The position numbers and the translations under genes are program-made. Shown here one piece after another: positions 40,431 to 50,839 of a stretch of 64,000 nt of DNA. A model generated the notes under the pieces. The model saw only the letters and a list, made by a program, of their open reading frames with translations, was not told the origin of the DNA and did no database searches. Position 1 is the stretch's first letter. Every line of letters starts with the position of its first letter. This stretch comes from an uncultured Verrucomicrobiae bacterium (GTDB taxonomy: Bacteria; Verrucomicrobiota; Verrucomicrobiia; Chthoniobacterales; UBA10450), in NCBI GenBank assembly GCA_963726745.1, contig CAVSDR010000003.1:1088001-1152000 (forward strand). Reading direction: 5' to 3'.

Positions 40431-41068
40431 CGGAAATCGACGCGCTGATTCGCGCCATCGTGAAGTTCCACTGCGAGGGCGCGGGTTGTCTTGCTGTCCA
40501 CCCAGGCCTTGAGCGTGTAGCGGCCCGCCGGCAGCCCGGTTAGCCGAAAATTTCCCTGCGTGTCGGTGGTGGTGAAATGGTTTGTCGGGAGGACAAGGAC
40601 CAGGCCGCGCATGTGCTCGTGGATGTCGCAGCGTAGAGTGATCAAGCCGGGCTGATCGAAGAGCACGGAAGGAAACGGGCGTTCATCGGGCCGGTAGCGG
40701 CCGAGATCGAAACGCTTCGCCGGCGAGTAGGAGAAGATGTTGTGGTAGGTGTCGTCTTCGTTGGGAAATTCCACCGTCGTCCCGACCGCGATCGGGAGCA
40801 GCGCCGGACGGAAAGCCATCTCCTTCTGCACCACCTGGGCTCGAGACGGCGTGGTCTTTTCCGAGGGAGCGCCTTCGAGATAGACCACGGCGACCGGAGG
40901 ATTGGTCGCCAAGACGCCGCCCTTTGTGACCACTTCGTAGCGCTGCGTGAGCAGCGGCGCGCTGCGCGCCTTCGGCAAATCCACGTGGCCTTCCACGGTC
41001 GCCTGCGCGTGGCCGAGACGGGCGCAAAGAAGGCAGAGCACGAAAGCAAGGCAGACCCGGAGCCACAT
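40427..41068 (-). CDS. Secreted cupredoxin-like protein with carboxypeptidase-regulatory-like domain
   Basis: VEFPNED..YHNIFS, FDLGRY, and CDIHEHM (type-1 Cu ligand pattern). Confidence 0.8.
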   Translation of the reverse strand: MWLRVCLAFVLCLLCARLGHAQATVEGHVDLPKARSAPLLTQRYEVVTKGGVLATNPPVAVVYLEGAPSEKTTPSRAQVVQKEMAFRPALLPIAVGTTVEFPNEDDTYHNIFSYSPAKRFDLGRYRPDERPFPSVLFDQPGLITLRCDIHEHMRGLVLVLPTNHFTTTDTQGNFRLTGLPAGRYTLKAWVDSKTTRALAVELHDGANQRVDFR

Positions 41069-41127
41069 CGCCGCCGATCGTAGCAGTTCCAGGCGGGCGC
41101 GAAAAGCGCCCAGCTACACCTCCAAGA

Positions 41128-41143
41128 GTAACGCCGCTGTCAC
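41128..41143 (-). promoter_or_regulatory. GTnAC-N6-GTnAC operator upstream of cupredoxin operon
   Basis: Minus strand GTGACAGCGGCGTTAC, 15/16 identical to 35431-35446. Confidence 0.55.
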
Positions 41144-41214
41144 CTGCGCAGACGACTTGTTAGGGGACGAAGGAGAACACTTGCAGGCGCGCAGGTCTTG
41201 ATGGTTGTTCCTTC

Positions 41215-42363
41215 GTGTTCTCGAAAGACCACGTTTTCACGTTAGGCATCGAGGAGGAGTTTGCGATCGTCGATCCGCAAACGCGCGAGCTCCGGTCGCA
41301 CATCCAGGAGATCCTCGAGGGCGGCAAGCTCACCTTGAAGGAGCAGATCAAGCCGGAGATGCACCAGAGCGTGGTCGAGCTGGGCACGGAGATCTGCCAG
41401 TCGGTGGTCGATGCGCGCGCGCATGTGATCGAACTCCGGAGCCACCTCGCCCGGCTCGCGGGCAAGGGCGGGATGAAAATCGCCAGCGCCGGGACGCATC
41501 CTTTTTCGCACTGGGGTGACCAGCTGATCACCGAGGGCGAGCGCTACAAGGAAATCGTGAAGGACATGCAGCAGGTGGCGCGGGCCAACCTGATCTTCGG
41601 TCTGCACGTGCACGTGGGAATCCCGAGCCGCGAAATGGCGATCCACGTGATGAACCAGGCGCGCTATTTTCTCCCGCACATCTACGCGCTTTCGACCAAC
41701 TCGCCCTTCTGGGTGGGGCGCAATACCGGCTTCAAAGGTTACCGGCTAAAAGTCTTCGAACGCTTCCCGCGCACCGGCATTCCCGACGCCTTCGAAGGCC
41801 TGAGCGAATACGACGATTACCTCAAGCTCCTCATCCGCACGAACTGCATCGATAACGCCAAAAAGATCTGGTGGGACATCCGATTGCATCCGTTCTTCGA
41901 CACGCTCGAGGTGCGGGTATGCGATGCGCAGACGCGGGTGGACGACACTCTCGCGCTCGCGGCTTTGATCCAGGCGGTGATCGTGCGGCTGCACAAGCTC
42001 CAGCGCGAAAACCTTTCCTTCCGAATCTACCGCCGGCGCTTGATCGATGAGAACCGCTGGCGCGCCTCGCGCTACGGATTAGACGGCAAGTTGATCGATT
42101 TCGGCCGCGAACAAGAGACGGACACGCGCACATTGATCCATGAGATTCTCGACTTCGTCTCGAGCGAGATCGAGGAACTCGGGATCCAGCGCGAGATCGA
42201 GCACATCGAGCGGATCATGCGCGAAGGGACCGGCTCCGACCGCCAGCTCGATGTCTGGGCGAAGACGCGGGACATGCGCGAGGTGGTGGATTTGATCGTG
42301 CGCGAGACCTACGACGGCCTGCGCCTGGACGAGCCAACAGTCTTCGAAAACGCCGGAAGCTAG
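41215..42363 (+). CDS. YbdK-family carboxylate-amine ligase (GCS2)
   Basis: FTLGIEEEF, GTHPFSHW, FGLHVHVG, IWWDIRLHPFFDTLEVRVCD, ENRWRASRYG. Confidence 0.92.
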   Translation: MFSKDHVFTLGIEEEFAIVDPQTRELRSHIQEILEGGKLTLKEQIKPEMHQSVVELGTEICQSVVDARAHVIELRSHLARLAGKGGMKIASAGTHPFSHWGDQLITEGERYKEIVKDMQQVARANLIFGLHVHVGIPSREMAIHVMNQARYFLPHIYALSTNSPFWVGRNTGFKGYRLKVFERFPRTGIPDAFEGLSEYDDYLKLLIRTNCIDNAKKIWWDIRLHPFFDTLEVRVCDAQTRVDDTLALAALIQAVIVRLHKLQRENLSFRIYRRRLIDENRWRASRYGLDGKLIDFGREQETDTRTLIHEILDFVSSEIEELGIQREIEHIERIMREGTGSDRQLDVWAKTRDMREVVDLIVRETYDGLRLDEPTVFENAGS

Positions 42364-42411
42364 GGCAATTGCCCCGCAGCCTTTCCCGCGTAAAGGTTAG
42401 CGTTCGCCGAA

Positions 42412-43433
42412 ATGTCCGACCGACTCTCCATTGCCACGATCGATGCCGAGCTTGCGCCTGGTGCGCGTAATGCCATCCGCGACTGCCTGCGCCTGAAACC
42501 GGAGGAGCGGATCACGATCATCACCGACGAAGCGACGATCGAGATCGCCGCGGCGCTCCAGGCGGAAGTGGAGGAGGTCGGCTCGGAGTGTGCCGTCTTT
42601 GTCCTGGAGAATTACGCCACGCGCCCGCTCACCGGGATGCCGCAGCCGATTCTCGACGATCTCGCCAAGTCGCAGGTAAGCATTTTTGCTTCGCAAACGC
42701 AGACGGGCGAACTCGGCTCGCGCATTCAGATGACCGCGGTGGTGAATCAGCATGGCATCCGCCACGGCCACATGGTGAACATCAACCGCGAGATCATGCT
42801 CCACGGGATGCGCGCGGATTTCATCGCGGTGGATAAATTGAGCCAGCGCCTCGTGGAAAAGGCGCGCATGGCGCAAGTCGCGTGCGTTGCTGGACGCCGC
42901 ACGGCACGGAATTCACGGCCGAGCTTTCGCCGAAACTGAAGTGGCTCAAAACCAGCGGCATCATCACGCGCGAAAAGTGGGGTAACCTGCCCGGCGGCGA
43001 GATTTTCACCTCGCCCTTCAACACTCACGGCACCTTCGTGGTCGACGGCGTGGTCGGCGATTACCTCTGCCAAAAGTATGGCGACATCCAGGCGACGCCG
43101 CTGACGATCGAAGTGCGCGACAACCGCATCCACTCGTTAGCCTGCGAGAACCAGGAGCTGCTCGAGGAGTTCCGCGCCTACACCAGCACCGATGAGAATA
43201 GCAATCGCGTGGGCGAATTTGCCATCGGCACCAACATCGCCTGCACCCGCATCATCGGGCACATCTTGCAGGATGAAAAAATTCCCGGGATCCACATCGC
43301 CTTCGGTCACCCGTATGCCGAGCACACCGGCCAGGACTGGATCTCGAAAACACACATCGACTGCGTCGGCCGCGACTTCGACATCTGGTTCGACGAGGAG
43401 AAGGTGATGGAGCACGGGCAGTTCCTCATTTAG
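42412..43433 (+). CDS. Thermophilic metalloprotease/aminopeptidase M29-like (apparent indel ~42880)
   Basis: Joined from ORFs 42412-42939 and 42882-43433: GNLPGGEIF, VGEFAIGTN, DEKIPGIHIAFG, HIDCV. Confidence 0.82.
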
Positions 43434-43444
43434 ACAGCGCTTTC

Positions 43445-44629
43445 ATGCACTCAGACCTGCGCGCTCGTTTCAACGCTGACTTCACGGCGGAGCGTTATGA
43501 AGAGCTGGTGCTCATGGCGAACGAGGCTGAGCGCTGGCCGGTCGACTTCCGCATCGCCGAGTCGCCGATTTTTTTAACCGACGACTTCACCGCGGAGGTG
43601 AGCGCGGCGGCCGAGGAATTGGTTGCGCAAACCCGCACGCCGGAGTTCGCCCGCCACGCGGCCGACTCGATCCCGCCGGGGCTCGAGGTGCCGGGCGAAA
43701 CGCCGCACCCGACCTTCATTCAGGTCGATTTCGCGATCTGCGAAGTGGACGGCAAACTCACGCCGCGCCTGATCGAACTCCAAGGTTTCCCCAGCCTTTA
43801 CGGTTTCCAGATCCTCCTGCTCCACAGCATGCGGCACGCGTATCCCGCGATCCCGGAGGATTGGGTGCCGTTCTTCAATTGCGACGAGCACGGCTACCGC
43901 GAACTGCTCGAGCGCGTGATCGTGGGCGATTGCGACCCGGAGAACGTCGTCCTGCTCGAGATCGAGCCCGAGAAACAGAACACGCGAATCGATTTCGTCT
44001 GCACCGAGACGCTCCTCGGGATTGAACCGGTCTGCCTCACGGAAGTGCGGCGCCGCGGGCGCGAGCTCTTCTACGAACGCGATGGTCGCGAGATCAAGAT
44101 CGAGCGAATCTACAACCGGGTGATCTTCGATGAACTCCTGCGCCGGCCGGACTTAAACCTCGGCTTCAGCTTCCAGCACGAGATCGACGCGCAATGGATC
44201 GGCCACCCGAATTGGTTCTTCCGGATCAGTAAGCACTCGCTCCCGTTCCTCAAGACCGCGCACACGTCGCGCGCTTATTTTGCCGACGAGTTCCCGGCCG
44301 GCGAGTCGCTGGCTGATTTCGTCCTCAAGCCGCTCTACTCCTTCGCCGGGCTCGGGGTCGACCTCGAGCCGAACGAGAAAACTCTTGCCGCGCTCGAGGA
44401 TCCGCACACCTGGATTCTGCAGGAGAAGGTGAACTACGCCGACTTCATCCCCACGCCGGACGGCAGCCGCTCAAAGGCCGAGATTCGGATGATGTTCGTC
44501 TGGCCCAATGGCGGGGAGCCGCTTCTGGTCAACAATCTCGTGCGCATGAGCCAGGGCGCGATGATGGGGGTGAAGTTCAACAGGAACAAAACCTGGGTCG
44601 GCTCGAGCATCGCGCTCCACCGCGGCTAA
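43445..44629 (+). CDS. Circularly permuted ATP-grasp / glutathionylspermidine synthase-like ligase
   Basis: QVDF..., LIELQGFPS, RIYNRV, FVLKPLYSFAGLGV, WILQEKV in permuted order. Confidence 0.7.
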   Translation: MHSDLRARFNADFTAERYEELVLMANEAERWPVDFRIAESPIFLTDDFTAEVSAAAEELVAQTRTPEFARHAADSIPPGLEVPGETPHPTFIQVDFAICEVDGKLTPRLIELQGFPSLYGFQILLLHSMRHAYPAIPEDWVPFFNCDEHGYRELLERVIVGDCDPENVVLLEIEPEKQNTRIDFVCTETLLGIEPVCLTEVRRRGRELFYERDGREIKIERIYNRVIFDELLRRPDLNLGFSFQHEIDAQWIGHPNWFFRISKHSLPFLKTAHTSRAYFADEFPAGESLADFVLKPLYSFAGLGVDLEPNEKTLAALEDPHTWILQEKVNYADFIPTPDGSRSKAEIRMMFVWPNGGEPLLVNNLVRMSQGAMMGVKFNRNKTWVGSSIALHRG

Positions 44630-44659
44630 GCGGCCGCGCGCCGTTTTCCAAAGCGCTGC

Positions 44660-45133
44660 CTAACGCATCCGCGCCACGCGGATATTGCCGCCGCCGAGGA
44701 TATACATGCGATGGCCGTAGCCGGCTTTCACGATCACCACCGGCGGCGAATCAGTCGGCGGGAACGAAGCGGTAGACGATTGCGATTGCGCCCAGACCTG
44801 ACCGTTCTCGAGCTGGAAACGGGTGTGCCCGTTGTAGCCTTTGAATGGCCCCACGATGCGGCTCTCGATCACCTGCGGCTGCGAAGCGATCTTGTTGTCT
44901 TTGACCGCGCCTTCGACCGCCAGCTTGGCGGCTTCCTGGTTGGTCGATTGCGTGTAGGAGCGGATGAATTCATTCAGCCGCGCGCGCTCTTCCGGCGTGA
45001 GCTTGGTTAAGCCCGCGGCTTCAAACGCCTTGGTCGACATCGCCTTTTCCACGCCAGGAAAATCGGGGTTCTGCGCCTGCACCGAGCCGAGGACGAAGGC
45101 GGAAGCGCAGAGGAAAGCGAGGCAGGTCTTCAT
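44660..45133 (-). CDS. Secreted hypothetical protein
   Basis: Signal peptide; MS..AF.AAGL.KLT.EE.A.LN and F.LENGQVWAQ motifs. Confidence 0.7.
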   Translation of the reverse strand: MKTCLAFLCASAFVLGSVQAQNPDFPGVEKAMSTKAFEAAGLTKLTPEERARLNEFIRSYTQSTNQEAAKLAVEGAVKDNKIASQPQVIESRIVGPFKGYNGHTRFQLENGQVWAQSQSSTASFPPTDSPPVVIVKAGYGHRMYILGGGNIRVARMR

Positions 45134-45165
45134 GGCTGTGGAATAGAGGCGCCGCGCCCGGAATG

Positions 45166-46347
45166 TCAAAGCAACTCCTCGTTAGTCTCGGCAAAGGCGT
45201 TGACCGCAAACTCGAGATCGGCCCGCGAATGGGCCGCGCTCACCTGCGTGCGCACGCGCGCCGTGCCATGCGGCACCACCGGGTAAAAGAAGCCGATCAC
45301 GTAGACGCCTTTCTCGAGCATGCGTGCGGCGAACTTCTGCGACTTGGTCGCATCGCCGAGCATGATCGGGACGATCGGATGCGTCCCGGGCTTGATCGTT
45401 AGGCCGCGCTCGGTCAGGGCGGCACGGAAGAATTTCGTGTTCTCCTCGAGCTTGTCGCGCAGTTCAGTCGATTTCTCGAGCAACTCCAACCCGGCGAGTG
45501 TCGCGGCCACGATCGGCGGCGCGACGCTGTTCGAGAAAAGATACGGGCGCGAGCGTTGCCGGAGAAGTTCCACGATCGATTTCCGCGCGCTGGTGAAGCC
45601 ACCGCTGGCACCGCCGAGCGCTTTCCCAAGCGTGCCGGTGATGATGTCGATCTCGCCCATGACGCCGCGGTATTCATGGGTCCCGCGGCCGCCTTTACCG
45701 AGGAAGCCGGTCGCGTGGCAATCGTCGATCATGACCAGCGCATCGTATTTCTTTGCCAGGGCCACGATCGCTTCCAGATCGGCGATCGTGCCGTCCATCG
45801 AGAAGCAACCGTCAGTCGCGATCAAGCGCGTGCGCGCGCCCTTCGTCTCCGCGAGCTTCGCCTCCAGGTCGGCCATGTCGTTGTGCTTGTAGCGCGCGCG
45901 TTGCGCTTTGCAGAGGCGAATGCCGTCGATGATCGAGGCGTGGTTCAGCTCGTCGGAAATCACCGCGTCCTCTGCGCCGAGCAGCGTTTCGAAGAGGCCG
46001 CCGTTGGCGTCGAATGCGCTCGGATAAAGGATCGTGTCCTCCATCCCGAGAAAATTAGTCAGCGCGCTCTCCAGCTCCTTGTGCAGATCCTGCGTGCCGC
46101 AAATGAAGCGCACGCTCGCCATTCCCAGGCCATGGGTATCGAGTGCTTTCTTGGCCGCGGCGATCAGCGCAGGGTGATCGGCCAGGCCGAGATAGTTGTT
46201 CGCACAGAAGTTCAAGACCTCGCGGCCGTCGCCCACCTTGATGTGCGCATCCTGCGGCGAAGTGATGATGCGCTCGGTCTTGTAGAGGCCTTGTTGGCGG
46301 ATTTCCTCGAGCGTGGAAGCGAGTTGCTGGTCGAAGGCGGCGCGCAT
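45166..46347 (-). CDS. kbl: Glycine C-acetyltransferase
   Basis: [52 protein letters not shown]. Confidence 0.96.
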   Translation of the reverse strand: MRAAFDQQLASTLEEIRQQGLYKTERIITSPQDAHIKVGDGREVLNFCANNYLGLADHPALIAAAKKALDTHGLGMASVRFICGTQDLHKELESALTNFLGMEDTILYPSAFDANGGLFETLLGAEDAVISDELNHASIIDGIRLCKAQRARYKHNDMADLEAKLAETKGARTRLIATDGCFSMDGTIADLEAIVALAKKYDALVMIDDCHATGFLGKGGRGTHEYRGVMGEIDIITGTLGKALGGASGGFTSARKSIVELLRQRSRPYLFSNSVAPPIVAATLAGLELLEKSTELRDKLEENTKFFRAALTERGLTIKPGTHPIVPIMLGDATKSQKFAARMLEKGVYVIGFFYPVVPHGTARVRTQVSAAHSRADLEFAVNAFAETNEELL

Positions 46348-46444
46348 GGCGCAAAGCTGGCGTCATCGCACGGCGGATGCAAAGCGGCGCAAAAGATTCT
46401 TGCCTCTGCTTGTGAATAACTGGTAACAACTCGGCCGATCCGAT

Positions 46445-47134
46445 TTGAAATTCTCCACTCCGAATCTCCTCACCCTCGCCGCCTTGAGCGCTTGCTGCGC
46501 GCTCCTGCTCTCCTCCTGCGAGACCACCGGAACCCGCGTCTCCAGTCGACCTTTGCCGGCCTACGAGCCGCCGATTGCGAAGAGTGATTTTCAAAACGTC
46601 CGCACGACTGCCTACACGCACACCGAGTCGGATCATCGGCAATACAGCAATCGCAACGCGCTCGGCGGCGTGCTCGGTGCCGCCAGCGCGCCGATCCAGC
46701 GGGTTGAGTCCGGCCGTTCGCTCGAGGCTTACCTTGCGCCTCGCAAGCGGACCGTCACGCATTACGTCAAGACCCGGCGCGGCCGCAAGAAAGTGGTCAA
46801 GACCGAATACGTGCGCCCGGCGATCGGAAGCGCCGCCGCCGATTGGTCGCGCTGGCCCGCGGGGACTTACTTCCGTGTGCTCTCCACCGGACAAATCTAC
46901 AAGGTTGACGACTACGGCTGGGCGCTGAGCGGCCGGAATACGATCGATCTCTACATGGCCACGACCCGCGACATGAATCGGTGGGGCGTGCGTCAGGAAC
47001 CGATCCAGGTGTTGAAGTGGGGCGACCGCGCCTCCAGTCTCGCGCTCCTTACTCCGCGCCAGCACTACAAGCATATCCAGCGCATGGTGCTCCAGCTGCA
47101 AGGCCAGGATGAGCAAGCCGCGGCGCTTCGTTAG
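46445..47134 (+). CDS. 3D-domain lipoprotein (cell-wall lytic/binding)
   Basis: Lipobox LLSSC; VRTTAYT, AAADW..WP.GT, VDDYG.A, TIDLY. Confidence 0.75.
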   Translation: MKFSTPNLLTLAALSACCALLLSSCETTGTRVSSRPLPAYEPPIAKSDFQNVRTTAYTHTESDHRQYSNRNALGGVLGAASAPIQRVESGRSLEAYLAPRKRTVTHYVKTRRGRKKVVKTEYVRPAIGSAAADWSRWPAGTYFRVLSTGQIYKVDDYGWALSGRNTIDLYMATTRDMNRWGVRQEPIQVLKWGDRASSLALLTPRQHYKHIQRMVLQLQGQDEQAAALR

Positions 47135-47625
47135 TCGGCCGCACTTTTTTCCCGCCCACTGGACGGCGGCGATCGCAAAGGCTTTGCGAGCGACACATTC
47201 AGCGGTTCGTCCCGGTATTCCCCGAAACCAGCAATTCGCTTATAGCCGAGACGTTCATACAGCCGCAGCGCGGCCGGCTGGCGCAGGCCGGTCGAGAGCC
47301 AGATCTCGTTGAATCCGCGCTCGGCGGCGAGCTCTTCGATGCGTTCCATCAGGGCCCGCGCGATCCCGCGACCGCGTGCCGGGGCGCGGACAAACATCCG
47401 TTTCACCTCCGCGATTTCACTCGTTAGGCGAAGGAGCGCGACACAGCCGACAGCTTCGCCCTGGACGCGCGCGAGGAGGAAAGCCACCGGCTGGAAGTCG
47501 CTGGCTAATTTTGGCGTGGTCGGCGTTTCGTTGCCGTAGAGCTCATCGAGTTCCCGCCAGAGTTCCGCGAGCAGCGCGCTGCTTTCCGCGGAGTCGCTGC
47601 TGGCCGGCTCGACGGTGAAACTCAA
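47131..47625 (-). CDS. GNAT family N-acetyltransferase
   Basis: EVKRMFV...[19 protein letters not shown] start overlaps the tdh stop. Confidence 0.88.
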   Translation of the reverse strand: MSFTVEPASSDSAESSALLAELWRELDELYGNETPTTPKLASDFQPVAFLLARVQGEAVGCVALLRLTSEIAEVKRMFVRAPARGRGIARALMERIEELAAERGFNEIWLSTGLRQPAALRLYERLGYKRIAGFGEYRDEPLNVSLAKPLRSPPSSGREKSAAD

Positions 47626-48653
47626 GCCGCCGTCCAATCGAGCACGATCTTGCCGGATTGCCCGCTCTTCATCAGCTCCACGCCCTCGACCACGTCGGTG
47701 TAGGGCATGTGGTGAGTGATCACCGGCGAGATATCGAGTCCGCTCTGGAGCAGCGCGGTCATTTTATACCAGGTCTCAAACATTTCGCGGCCGTAGATCC
47801 CCTTGATCGTCAGGCCATGGAAGACCACCAGGTTCCAATCGATCGCCGCGTGGCCTGGCATGATCCCGAGCATGGCGATGCGGCCGCCATTGACCATCAC
47901 GTCGAGCATGTCGGTAAACGCCTTCGGATTGCCGGACATCTCAAGGCCGACGTCGAAGCCCTCCCGCATCCCGAGGTCTTTCATCGCGTCGGCTAATTTC
48001 GTTTCGCGCACGTCGAGCGCGAGCGTTGCCCCCATCTTGCGCGCAATTTCCAGGCGATAAGGATTCACATCCGTGATCACCACCTTGCGCGCGCCCGCCA
48101 TTTTGCAGATCGGCACCGCCATGCAGCCGATCGGGCCGGCGCCGGTGATGAGCACGTCTTCGCCCACGAGATCGAAAGAGAGCGCGGTGTGCACCGCGTT
48201 GCCCAGCGGGTCGGAGCAGGAAAGGACATCGAGCGGGATGTTTGAGTCGCAGCGCCAGATGTTCTTGTAAGGCACCGAGACATATTTCGCGAAGCCACCC
48301 GGCCGTTGCACGCCGATGCCGATGGTGTTCGGGCAAAGGTGACGCCGGCCCGCGAGACAATTGCGGCAATGCCCGCAAACGATGTGGCCTTCGGTCGTGA
48401 CCAGTTCACCTTCGGAAAAATCCTTCACCGCGCTCCCGACCTGGTCGATCACGCCGACGTACTCGTGGCCGATGACCAACGGCGTCGGCACCGTCTTCTC
48501 GGCCCACGCGTCCCAGTTGTAGATGTGGACGTCAGTTCCGCAGATCGAGGCGTTCTGCACGCGAATGCGCACGTCGTTTGGCCCGACTTCGGGCACCGGG
48601 ACTTCCTGCAACTCGAGCCCCGGACCGGAGCGCGCCTTGACCACCGCTGGCAT
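47622..48653 (-). CDS. tdh: L-threonine 3-dehydrogenase
   Basis: [43 protein letters not shown]. Confidence 0.96.
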   Translation of the reverse strand: MPAVVKARSGPGLELQEVPVPEVGPNDVRIRVQNASICGTDVHIYNWDAWAEKTVPTPLVIGHEYVGVIDQVGSAVKDFSEGELVTTEGHIVCGHCRNCLAGRRHLCPNTIGIGVQRPGGFAKYVSVPYKNIWRCDSNIPLDVLSCSDPLGNAVHTALSFDLVGEDVLITGAGPIGCMAVPICKMAGARKVVITDVNPYRLEIARKMGATLALDVRETKLADAMKDLGMREGFDVGLEMSGNPKAFTDMLDVMVNGGRIAMLGIMPGHAAIDWNLVVFHGLTIKGIYGREMFETWYKMTALLQSGLDISPVITHHMPYTDVVEGVELMKSGQSGKIVLDWTAA

Positions 48654-48751
48654 TGTTTGGCTCACGCTGGGGAAATTAGACAGCGAGATGACGAGCGCCA
48701 CCAAGTTCCTCACGCTTGCGTTCGCCACGCTCTTTCCGGATGGTGCTCGCC

Positions 48752-49666
48752 ATGCCTGATGCCGTCGACCGCTCTCAGCCAAAAGCGGTCCCGGCAAAGC
48801 TGACTTTCGTCTTTCGCTTCACCAGCACGGTCGCGCTTTGGTCGGTCGCGCTGCTGATTATTTTCTCCGGTTACGAGTACGCTTTCTTCGGGCTGATCGC
48901 CGCCTTCGGGCTGCTCACGCTCTGGGAGTTCTACGGCATGCTCGATCACAAAGGGCTGCCTAATTTCAAGATCACCGCAATGATCTGCGGGGCGATCATG
49001 CTCACGGGAAGTTTCTACTACTTCTCGACCATCGGCCCGGCGCATTCCTACGACTTCGAGGTCGCCTGTTTGCTCGGTTTTTTGCTCACGGTTTTTTGCC
49101 GGCAAATGTTCACCAGCCTGCGCGACGACGCGCCCCTGCGGACGATGGCTTACACGCTCTTTGGCCTGCTTTACGTGCTCTGGCTTTACAACTTCATCAC
49201 CAAGATCGTCTACGTGGTCCCGCGCTCGCCCACCGGTGCGGTCCAGGGTCAGTTCTACGTGCTCTATCTGATCGCGATCACGAAATTCAGCGACATGGGG
49301 GCTTACCTCACCGGGAGTGTGATCGGGAAACACATGATGGTGCCGCACATCAGCCCGAAGAAAACCTGGGAAGGTTTTGCCGGCGCGCTCTTCTTTTCGC
49401 TGCTTGCGAGCTGGGGTTTGCTCTGGTTGATGCCGCATCATTTGGCGGCGCTCAACTGGACGCATGCGACCGTGCTCGGGCTGCTCCTCGGCTTTGCCGC
49501 GGTCGTGGGTGACCTCGCAGAGTCGATCGTGAAGCGCAGCACCGGGGTAAAGGATTCGGGCAATTTTCTCCCGGGCATCGGTGGTGCGCTCGACCTGATC
49601 GACAGCCTGCTGTTTACCGCGCCGTTGCTCTTCTTTTACCTGCGCCTGGTCATCCGCGTTTCATGA
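48752..49666 (+). CDS. cdsA: Phosphatidate cytidylyltransferase
   Basis: [40 protein letters not shown]. Confidence 0.93.
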   Translation: MPDAVDRSQPKAVPAKLTFVFRFTSTVALWSVALLIIFSGYEYAFFGLIAAFGLLTLWEFYGMLDHKGLPNFKITAMICGAIMLTGSFYYFSTIGPAHSYDFEVACLLGFLLTVFCRQMFTSLRDDAPLRTMAYTLFGLLYVLWLYNFITKIVYVVPRSPTGAVQGQFYVLYLIAITKFSDMGAYLTGSVIGKHMMVPHISPKKTWEGFAGALFFSLLASWGLLWLMPHHLAALNWTHATVLGLLLGFAAVVGDLAESIVKRSTGVKDSGNFLPGIGGALDLIDSLLFTAPLLFFYLRLVIRVS

Positions 49667-50824
49667 AGCGGAAGCGCGTCGTCGTCCTGGGCGCGACCGG
49701 CTCCATCGGTGAAAGTGCGCGCAAAGTCGCGCGCGACATCCCGGAGCGGATGGAGATCGTCGGCCTGGCGGCCAACAGCAGCGCGGCGAAGCTGGCCGAG
49801 CAGGCGAACGAATTGCGCCCGGAAGCGGTCTGCATTGTCGACAAATCGAAGGTCGCGGAGCTGCGCGAGAAATTAGCCTACACGCCGCAAATCTTCGTGG
49901 GCGACGAAGGGCTTTGCGAAATCGCGCAGCTCGCAAGCGCGGAGATGGTCCTGGTGGCCGTCGTCGGCACTGGCGGCCTGCGCCCGGCGCTGGCGGCGAT
50001 CGAGGCCGGGAAAGATCTCGCGGTCGCGAGCAAGGAAATCCTCGTCATGGCCGGCGAGATCGTGATGCGCGCGGCCGCGGCCAGGGGCGTGCGGATTTTG
50101 CCGGTCGATAGCGAGCACAATGCGATCTTCCAGTGCCTCGCGGGAAAGCACGCCACGGCGGAAGTGAGCCGGCTGATCCTGACTGCCAGCGGCGGACCCT
50201 TCCGCAAAACGCCCGCGAGCGAGTTTGCCAGCGATCACGGTCGAACAAGCCCTGAAGCACCCGACCTGGAACATGGGCCCGAAGATCACGATCGACTCCG
50301 CGACGCTCTTCAACAAAGGCCTGGAGATGATCGAGGCGCGCTGGCTTTTTGACGTCGAGATGGCGCGGGTGGACGTGATCGTGCACCCGCAAAGCATCGT
50401 CCACTCGATGGTGGAATTTACCGACGGCTCGGTCCTCGCGCAGCTGAGCCACTCGGACATGTGCTTCCCGATCCAATACGCGGTCACCTGGCCGGAGCGC
50501 GTCCCGAATTCCCTCCGGCCGCTCGATTTCGGGCAATTGCGCGCGCTCGAATTCGAGACGCCACGCTACGATGATTTCCCCGCGCTCACGCTCGCGCGCC
50601 GCGCGGGCGAAGTCGGCGGCACCTTGCCTGCTGTATTGAACGCTGCCAATGAAGTCGCCGTCTCCGCTTTCCTTGAAAAGCGCATCTCTTTCCCCGGGAT
50701 CTGGGAGGTCGTGGGCCAGGTGATGGAGCGGCACGCTTCCATTGCAGAGGCCGACCTCGATGCGATATTGGCCGCCGATCAATGGGCCCGCGCGGAAGCC
50801 GCCGCGCTCACCCGGGCGAAATAA
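49663..50824 (+). CDS. dxr: 1-deoxy-D-xylulose-5-phosphate reductoisomerase (apparent +1 indel ~50230)
   Basis: LGATGSIG, PVDSEHNAIFQ, TASGGPF, then HPTWNMGPKITIDSATLFNKGLE. Confidence 0.95.
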
Positions 50825-50839
50825 CGCCGCCGTTCACGC

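Noticed and set aside
45166..48653. Separation of tdh and kbl by GNAT and 3D-domain genes as a new pathway
   Set aside because: The 3D gene is on the opposite strand and no functional link is evident; probably ordinary rearrangement.
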